Assembly: GCA_963711735.1 (NCBI GenBank) | Contig: CAVQFA010000003.1 | Location: 284,367 to 348,366, forward strand | Reading direction: 5' to 3' | From: Candidatus Gottesmanbacteria bacterium | GTDB lineage: Bacteria > Patescibacteriota > Microgenomatia > UBA10105 > UBA927 | DNA length: 64,000 nt | Shown here: piece after piece, positions 58,266 through 64,000 of the stretch | Position numbering within the stretch: the first letter of the stretch is position 1 | Layout of the letters: every line of letters starts with the position of its first letter | Position numbers and translations under genes: made by a program | Notes under the pieces: generated by a model | What the model saw: the letters and a program-made list of their open reading frames with translations, nothing else | Told to the model about the DNA's origin: nothing | Databases searched by the model: none

Positions 58266-60371
58266 ATGGCATCACAACAAACACAAATTACGCTGAACCG
58301 CGATGTTCCTCTTGAAAAAGTCAGAAACATCGGTATTATCGCGCATATCGATGCCGGGAAAACCACAACAACGGAACGGATTCTCTATTATACCGGTCGT
58401 TCATACAAGATCGGAGATATTGATGAAGGAACAACGGTCATGGACTGGATGGATCAGGAGAGGGAACGGGGCATCACGATAGTGTCCGCAGCGACTACAA
58501 CATTCTGGAAAGGATTTCGTTTCAATATCATAGATACTCCCGGACATGTAGATTTTACTGCAGAAGTGGAGCGGTCTTTGCGGGTCCTTGACGGCGGCAT
58601 TACGGTACTGGATGCTGAGGAGGGTGTGCAATCCCAATCAGAAACAGTCTGGCACCAGGCGGATAAATATAAAGTTCCGCGAATATGTTTCATCAATAAA
58701 ATGGATAAAATCGGAGCGGATTTCCGGGCTACTATCCATTCCATAGAAGAACGGCTTGGGGCACGGACTGCCGTCATGGTTGTTCCGATAGGGGCGGAAC
58801 ATGAATTTAAAGGAGTTATTGATCTTCTGTCCAAAAAAGCATATATCTGGGGGAGTGATGAACTGGGTGCCAAATTTGACGTTACGGACGATATTCCGGA
58901 AAAACTAAAAGCTGAAGTAGAAAAATCACGACATGATCTCATAGAAAGGATATCCGAAACGGATGATGTTCTGATAGAAAAGTACCTCAACGGGCAGGAG
59001 CCCACAGTTGATGAGCTTAAAAAAGCACTTCGCGCAGCCGTTATTGCATATAAATTAGTTCCGATATATGCAGGATCAAGCCTTCGGAATAAAGGGGTTC
59101 AGCCGGTACTCGATGCGGTTATTGATTATCTTCCGTCTCCTTTGGATTTACCTCCTGTTGAAGGTATTCATCCCAAAACAAAGGAAAAGTTACAGAGAAA
59201 ACGTATTGTTACGGATGCGTTTTCAGGCCTGGCTTTCAAAATTCAAATTGATCCGCATGTCGGGAAACTTACATATGTCCGCATATATTCAGGTAAACTG
59301 GAATCCGGTTCGTATGTGTACAATTCTACTAAGGATAAACAGGAACGCATCGGAAGACTTCTTCTCATGCATGCCAATCAGCGTGAAGAAATCAAAGAAG
59401 CGTATGCAGGAGAAATTGTTGCAGTTGTTGGTTTCAAAGATACAACTACGGGCGATACCATCTGTGATAATGATCATCCGATTGTTCTTGAGCAAATATC
59501 ATTTCCTGATCCTGTTATTTCCCTTGCTATTGAACCGAAAACGAAAAATGATCAGGAGAAAATGGGATTTGCCCTTCAGCGTCTGGCGGAAGAAGATCCG
59601 ACGTTCAAAATTCGCTCAAATCAGGAGACAAATCAAACAATCATTTGGGGAATGGGAGAGCTTCATTTGGACATTATTGTTGACCGGATGCAACGTGAGT
59701 TTAAAGTAGAAGCCAACGTCGGTGCTCCCCAGGTTGCGTACAAAGAAACAATAAAAACTCCCGCTGAAGGTGAAGGTAAATATATACGTCAGACCGGTGG
59801 CCGTGGGCAATACGGTCATTGTTTGATAAAAATTGAACCTAAAGGCAGAGGTGAAGGATTTGAATTTATTGATGCGATCAAAGGCGGCGCAATTCCGAAC
59901 GAATATAAAGCTCCCATCGAAAAAGGCATAAAAGAAGCTATGGAAAACGGTGTTCTTGCCGGATACCCGATCGTAGATATGGAAGTGACTCTTTACGACG
60001 GTACGTATCATGAGGTGGATAGCTCAGAGATTGCATTTAAAATCGCCGGAAGCATGGCACTGCAGGATGCAGTAAAAAAAGCGTCACCGATACTTCTGGA
60101 ACCGATTATGAAAGTAGAGGTTACGACACCTGATGAATATATGGGTGATGTGATCGGAGATCTCGGCGCGAAACGTTCTCAGATCATGGGAACACAAAAA
60201 CGCGGGACTGTTACCATCATTTTAGCGATGGTTCCGCTCGCTGAACTGTCCGGATATGCCACAACGCTGCGGAGCATGTCCAAAGGAAGAGCAACATACT
60301 ATATGGAACCGTCACATTATGAAGAAGTACCGAAAAATATTGCAGAAAAGATCATTGCACAAAAAGTATAA
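58266..60371 (+). CDS. fusA: elongation factor G
   Basis: [15 protein letters not shown] and DTPGHVDF are present. The ATG at 58266 ([11 protein letters not shown]...) is preferred. Confidence 0.95.
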   Translation: MASQQTQITLNRDVPLEKVRNIGIIAHIDAGKTTTTERILYYTGRSYKIGDIDEGTTVMDWMDQERERGITIVSAATTTFWKGFRFNIIDTPGHVDFTAEVERSLRVLDGGITVLDAEEGVQSQSETVWHQADKYKVPRICFINKMDKIGADFRATIHSIEERLGARTAVMVVPIGAEHEFKGVIDLLSKKAYIWGSDELGAKFDVTDDIPEKLKAEVEKSRHDLIERISETDDVLIEKYLNGQEPTVDELKKALRAAVIAYKLVPIYAGSSLRNKGVQPVLDAVIDYLPSPLDLPPVEGIHPKTKEKLQRKRIVTDAFSGLAFKIQIDPHVGKLTYVRIYSGKLESGSYVYNSTKDKQERIGRLLLMHANQREEIKEAYAGEIVAVVGFKDTTTGDTICDNDHPIVLEQISFPDPVISLAIEPKTKNDQEKMGFALQRLAEEDPTFKIRSNQETNQTIIWGMGELHLDIIVDRMQREFKVEANVGAPQVAYKETIKTPAEGEGKYIRQTGGRGQYGHCLIKIEPKGRGEGFEFIDAIKGGAIPNEYKAPIEKGIKEAMENGVLAGYPIVDMEVTLYDGTYHEVDSSEIAFKIAGSMALQDAVKKASPILLEPIMKVEVTTPDEYMGDVIGDLGAKRSQIMGTQKRGTVTIILAMVPLAELSGYATTLRSMSKGRATYYMEPSHYEEVPKNIAEKIIAQKV

Positions 60372-60512
60372 GCTATGTTAGAATGCTGTCACAGCAGCTG
60401 AGAAATTCAGTTGTGTTTTTCAGTTGGCAGTAAGGTATAAGTCAGATGGATTTTGTTTTCCGATTTTCGTAAAAGTTGATAAAATCGTGAAGACACTTCC
60501 AGAAAGGAATAT

Positions 60513-61700
60513 ATGGCGGAACAGCAAAAGTTTAAAAGAACTAAAACCCATTTAAACATTGGGACAATTGGTCATGTGGATCACGGAAAAACGACATTAA
60601 CTTCAGCAATAACTCACGTTCTTGCAAAAGCAGGATTGGCAAAAGCTTTGAAATACGAAGAAATTGACAATGCTCCTGAGGAAAAAGCCCGCGGTGTGAC
60701 GATAAACATTCATCACTCTGAATACGAAACAGCGAAACGTCATTATGCGCACATCGATGCACCAGGACACGCTGATTATATCAAAAACATGATTACAGGA
60801 GCTGCCCAGATGGACGGCGCCATTTTGGTGGTATCAGCACCGGACGGTCCGATGCCGCAAACAAGAGAGCACATTCTTCTTGCGAAACAAGTGAACGTAC
60901 CGGCAATAGTCGTATTTATGAATAAATGCGATATGGTGCAGGACAAAGAGCTTCTTGATCTTGTTGAAATGGAAGTTCGTGAACTGTTAACCAAATATAA
61001 ATTTCCGGGCGATAAAGTTCCCGTTATCAGGGGGAGCGCACTGAAAGCACTTCAGGGTGATCCGGAAGCAGAAAAAATGATACAGAAACTGATGGATACG
61101 ATCGACACATACGTACCGGATCCGGTGCGTGAACTCGAGAAACCGTTCCTCATGCCTGTAGAAGACGTGTTTTCTATCAAAGGCCGGGGAACAGTTGTAA
61201 CCGGTAGGGTTGAGAGGGGAAAAGTGAAAGTAAATGAGACAGTTGAACTTGTTGGTATACGGGCGACGCAATCAACGGTGGTTACGGGTGTCGAAATGTT
61301 CCGGAAGCTTCTAGACGAAGGTATGGCTGGTGATAATATAGGCCTCTTGCTCCGTGGGATTGAAAAAAATCAGGTAGAGCGGGGACAGGTTGTAGCAGCA
61401 CCGGGGTCAGTGAAGCCTCATACGGAATTTGAAGCAGAGATATACATTTTAGCAAAGGAGGAAGGTGGACGACATACGCCGTTTTTCAGTGGGTATCGTC
61501 CGCAATTCTATATCCGAACAACTGATGTAACCGGAGAAGTAACACTTCCGGCTGGTGTAGAAATGGTTATGCCGGGAGACAGTACAAAAATGACTGCTAA
61601 GTTGATTGTGCCGGTTGCCCTTGAAGAAGGAGTACGGTTTGCTATCCGTGAGGGTGGTCATACAGTCGGAGCAGGAGTAATTACAAAAATTATTGCGTAA
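60513..61700 (+). CDS. tuf: elongation factor Tu
   Basis: [18 protein letters not shown] and NKCD are present. 395 aa. Confidence 0.97.
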   Translation: MAEQQKFKRTKTHLNIGTIGHVDHGKTTLTSAITHVLAKAGLAKALKYEEIDNAPEEKARGVTINIHHSEYETAKRHYAHIDAPGHADYIKNMITGAAQMDGAILVVSAPDGPMPQTREHILLAKQVNVPAIVVFMNKCDMVQDKELLDLVEMEVRELLTKYKFPGDKVPVIRGSALKALQGDPEAEKMIQKLMDTIDTYVPDPVRELEKPFLMPVEDVFSIKGRGTVVTGRVERGKVKVNETVELVGIRATQSTVVTGVEMFRKLLDEGMAGDNIGLLLRGIEKNQVERGQVVAAPGSVKPHTEFEAEIYILAKEEGGRHTPFFSGYRPQFYIRTTDVTGEVTLPAGVEMVMPGDSTKMTAKLIVPVALEEGVRFAIREGGHTVGAGVITKIIA

Positions 61701-61755
61701 TAAGATTGCCTACCAAACCAATCGTAAACATATCTATTACGGTTGATCAAACATA

Positions 61756-62064
61756 ATGCCGAAAGGAAGAATTCGTGTTCGTTTAAAAGCGTACGACAGC
61801 AGAATTTTAGATGATTGCTGTCAGAAAATATTGGATGTTGCCGTTAGAACCGGTGCGAAGGTTGTGGGACCGGTACCTTTGCCCACAGACAGAGAGCATT
61901 ATAACGTAGCCAGAAGTACGTTCATTGACCGCAACAGCAGAGAAGATTTTATCATTAAGACTCACAAACGTCTTATAGATATTATCGAACCGACCGATAA
62001 GACGATCGATCAACTCATGCATCTGGATTTACCGGCAGGTGTTGATGTTGAATTAAAAATGTAA
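61756..62064 (+). CDS. rpsJ: 30S ribosomal protein S10
   Basis: MPKGRIRVRLKAYDSRILD... 102 aa. Confidence 0.95.
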   Translation: MPKGRIRVRLKAYDSRILDDCCQKILDVAVRTGAKVVGPVPLPTDREHYNVARSTFIDRNSREDFIIKTHKRLIDIIEPTDKTIDQLMHLDLPAGVDVELKM

Positions 62065-62192
62065 CTATACGATAAGGGGATCTATACTTGTCGTTTAAGA
62101 GATACTTTGGTATACTACACGGTTACAAAGGTATGGAGAAAAAGACTTCATATTTGTAAAACGGTATACCAAAAGTCTCGATTGAGATTCTC

Positions 62193-62219
62193 ACGACCTC
62201 AAATCGAGGTCGTTTTTTT
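62193..62219 (+). terminator. strong intrinsic terminator hairpin + T7 between rpsJ and rplC (with alternative antiterminator pairing)
   Basis: ACGACCTC-AAATC-GAGGTCGT 8-bp stem followed by TTTTTTT. CTCGAT at 62178-62183 can alternatively pair with ATCGAG at 62203-62208. Confidence 0.55.
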
Positions 62220-62224
62220 GTTCT

Positions 62225-62848
62225 ATGCTTACTACCATACTTGGAAATAAAAACAGTCAGGAACAGGCATACACTCCGGAAGGAAAACGGATTGTTGTAA
62301 CGCGCCTTACGGTTGGACCGTGTTATATTACGTCCGTATCGGATGCTCCCAATGGGCGTCAGGTTCAATTGGGTTTCGGAAAACTTCATCATCCGAATAA
62401 AGCTATCCTCGGACACCTGAAAAAGGCCGGACTGGAAGATAAAAAACTGCACCACTTTCATTCTACGACGATTGACGCATCAGATGAGACCATCAAATTA
62501 GGTCAGGAAATCCGGGTGGAAAATCTTTTTCAGGTAAAGGATACGGTGACCATAGTTGGTACGAGTAAAGGAAAAGGATTTGCCGGAGTTGTTAAACGTC
62601 ATAATTTCAAAGGCGGCCCGCGGACCCATGGTCAATCAGACAGAGAGCGTTCACCCGGATCTATCGGACAGACGACTACCCCGGGTCGCGTCTACCGGGG
62701 GAAAAGAATGGCAGGACGTATGGGTGGTGAGAGAGTGACTGTGCATGGTTTACAGGTTGTAGACATTGATCCTAAAACAAACAGTATGACCGTACGTGGT
62801 TTGGTACCGGGAGGTACCAACGGACTATTAGTTATAACGAAGGAATAA
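62225..62848 (+). CDS. rplC: 50S ribosomal protein L3
   Basis: ILGNKNSQEQAY...VTRLTVGPCYITSV corresponds to ILGKKvGMTQ...VTVIEaGPcvVtQv. 207 aa. Confidence 0.9.
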   Translation: MLTTILGNKNSQEQAYTPEGKRIVVTRLTVGPCYITSVSDAPNGRQVQLGFGKLHHPNKAILGHLKKAGLEDKKLHHFHSTTIDASDETIKLGQEIRVENLFQVKDTVTIVGTSKGKGFAGVVKRHNFKGGPRTHGQSDRERSPGSIGQTTTPGRVYRGKRMAGRMGGERVTVHGLQVVDIDPKTNSMTVRGLVPGGTNGLLVITKE

Positions 62849-62852
62849 CACT

Positions 62853-63596
62853 ATGCCAACAAAAAGAATTCCAAAAAAGGAAGTAAAAAATAAACGTACC
62901 ATCAGTTCTGTACGCCGCAAGGCGGTTTCAGAGAACGCCGCACCCGTTAAAAAGCCCGCAGTGACAAAAAAACGTACACAAACTACCGCGGTCATTCCGA
63001 AAAAGAAAACTGAATCTTCCGATTTGCCAAAGTCTCTGTTTCAGGTTGAAGTAAAAAATGCAGTACTTACCCAGGCAGTACGCATGTATCTTGCCAACCA
63101 ACGTTTTGGCCAGGCATCTACGAAAACCCGCGGGCAAGTAGAAGGATCAACGAGAAAAGTTTATAAGCAAAAGGGAACCGGACGTGCTCGTCACGGTTCA
63201 ATCCGGGCACCGATATATGTCGGGGGCGGTATCGTATTTGGTCCAAAAACGCGTGATTACAGTATGAAAATGCCGCAATCCATGCGGCACGCCGCCATTC
63301 GTATGGCACTGAGCGTTAAATATTCTGAAGGAAATATTATAGTTACGGATAAGTTTGAAAAAATGGAGCCAAAAACAAAAGTAATGGCTTCATATCTTAA
63401 ACAACTTGCGGGTGACGGAAAGATGCTTATTGTCTGCGGAGACATGAAGCAAGAATATATCCGCGGACTTCGGAATATCAACCGGGTAACTCTCCTTCAG
63501 GCATCTTCTCTTAATACATACGAAATATTATCACACAAAAAAATTATCATAGAAAAAAAGGCACTACCGGTATTAGAAACAGTATTTGCAAAATAA
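62853..63596 (+). CDS. rplD: 50S ribosomal protein L4 with ~50-aa Lys-rich N-terminal extension
   Basis: KQKGTGRARHGSIRAPIYVGGG is the L4 signature. Confidence 0.9.
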   Translation: MPTKRIPKKEVKNKRTISSVRRKAVSENAAPVKKPAVTKKRTQTTAVIPKKKTESSDLPKSLFQVEVKNAVLTQAVRMYLANQRFGQASTKTRGQVEGSTRKVYKQKGTGRARHGSIRAPIYVGGGIVFGPKTRDYSMKMPQSMRHAAIRMALSVKYSEGNIIVTDKFEKMEPKTKVMASYLKQLAGDGKMLIVCGDMKQEYIRGLRNINRVTLLQASSLNTYEILSHKKIIIEKKALPVLETVFAK

Positions 63597-63597
63597 T

Positions 63598-63909
63598 ATG
63601 AATAACACGCTTATCAAGCCTATTGTGACAGAAAAAAGTATGAATTTAGCCGTGCTCGGTATGTTTACCTTCAGGGCAAACGTATCAGCAGATAAAACAC
63701 ATATCGCTCAGGAGATCCATACGCTGTACGGGGTTACCGTAAAGGAAGTCCGCACGATGAAAATGCACGGTAAGGTCCGCCGTTCAGGCAGACGCGCTCT
63801 TCCGCACACGCTCCCGGATTGGAAAAAAGTTATTGTGCGCTTATCAAAGGGTCAGACAATCGATGCATTTACGTTAAAAACTGAAAAGAACGAAGAAAAA
63901 GGTAAATAA
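63598..63909 (+). CDS. rplW: 50S ribosomal protein L23
   Basis: MNNTLIKPIVTEKSM... The ATG is 2 nt after the rplD stop. Confidence 0.9.
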   Translation: MNNTLIKPIVTEKSMNLAVLGMFTFRANVSADKTHIAQEIHTLYGVTVKEVRTMKMHGKVRRSGRRALPHTLPDWKKVIVRLSKGQTIDAFTLKTEKNEEKGK

Positions 63910-63917
63910 AAACACAT

Positions 63918-64000
63918 ATGAATACTGACAGACTCAAACGGCTCAAAAGTATACTCCCGAAAAACTCAGGGAGAGACGAAAAAGGACATGTATCCGTTCG
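63918..64000 (+). CDS. rplB: 50S ribosomal protein L2, N-terminal fragment (runs off window)
   Basis: LPKNSGRDEKGHVSVR corresponds to LxKxxxxxGRNNxGRITxRH, and the position after rplW fits. Confidence 0.6.
   Translation, partial: MNTDRLKRLKSILPKNSGRDEKGHVSV

Noticed and set aside
58454-59709. ORFs 58454-59005 (-) and 59068-59709 (+, 213 aa) inside fusA
   Set aside because: They are out of frame with or antisense to EF-G, whose full conserved sequence is continuous across this region.
1-64000. CRISPR arrays, tRNA/rRNA genes, transposases/integrases
   Set aside because: I scanned intergenic regions for direct repeats with regular spacers, tRNA-like cloverleaf-forming ~75-nt GC-richer blocks, and transposase or integrase-like ORFs, and found none. 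The Cas4-like gene is therefore treated as standalone.

Overview
The window is a 64 kb, roughly 40% GC, densely coding bacterial segment that reads in the standard genetic code (TGA acts as a stop). It resembles a Candidate Phyla Radiation / Patescibacteria genome: ribosomal proteins S12 and L4 carry extensions, there is a compact type IV pilus locus with a PilM-PilN fusion, many small membrane or secreted hypothetical proteins, and amino-acid biosynthesis looks sparse. This taxonomic placement is inference only.

Gene order across the window:
- 1-1310 (-): an HMGL-like pyruvate carboxyltransferase gene running off the window edge, followed by a hypothetical gene.
- 2.2-9.8 kb (+): a GAF histidine kinase and CheY-like receiver, then the pilus genes pilB, pilC, pilM/N fusion, pilO-like and a pilin, ending in a terminator.
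- 9.9-18.3 kb: a P/T-rich protein, uppP, an MFS transporter, flavodoxin, assorted secreted and membrane hypotheticals, and an RRM RNA-binding protein.
- 18.3-23.3 kb (-): two tandem class A PBPs.
- 23.4-26.7 kb (+): a PP2C phosphatase, a GapN-like aldehyde dehydrogenase and a PEGA/SH3b protein.
- 26.7-32.8 kb (-): an envelope-glycan cluster with a UbiA-family DPPR-synthase-like enzyme, a WecA/MraY-like GT4, a GT-C and two GT2 enzymes.
- 32.8-38.3 kb: tatD, metG, rmuC, and an alaS that is split by an apparent +1 frameshift.
- 38.4-44.0 kb (+): an 818-aa actin-like/TM/extracellular protein, a sortase, a thymidine/AMP-phosphorylase-family enzyme and mltG.
- 44.1-52.3 kb (+): rpoB (with its own promoter and an attenuator-like leader), rpoC, rpsL and rpsG.
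- 52.3-58.2 kb: an island inserted between rpsG and fusA.
- 58.3-64.0 kb (+): fusA, tuf, rpsJ, then a strong terminator/antiterminator element, then rplC, rplD, rplW and the start of rplB.

The most interesting candidate is that roughly 6 kb island splitting the otherwise universal rpsL-rpsG-fusA-tuf arrangement. It carries a RimO/MiaB-type radical-SAM methylthiotransferase next to its likely substrate gene rpsL. It also carries a co-directional operon: a Cas4-like 4-Cys PD-(D/E)XK nuclease, a DUF2130-like protein (zinc ribbon, coiled coil, C-terminal D...ExK nuclease-like domain), a CapA metallophosphatase, an FN3-like membrane protein and an MGMT-like alkyltransferase, closed by a terminator. 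No CRISPR array, tRNA, rRNA or transposase was recognised.
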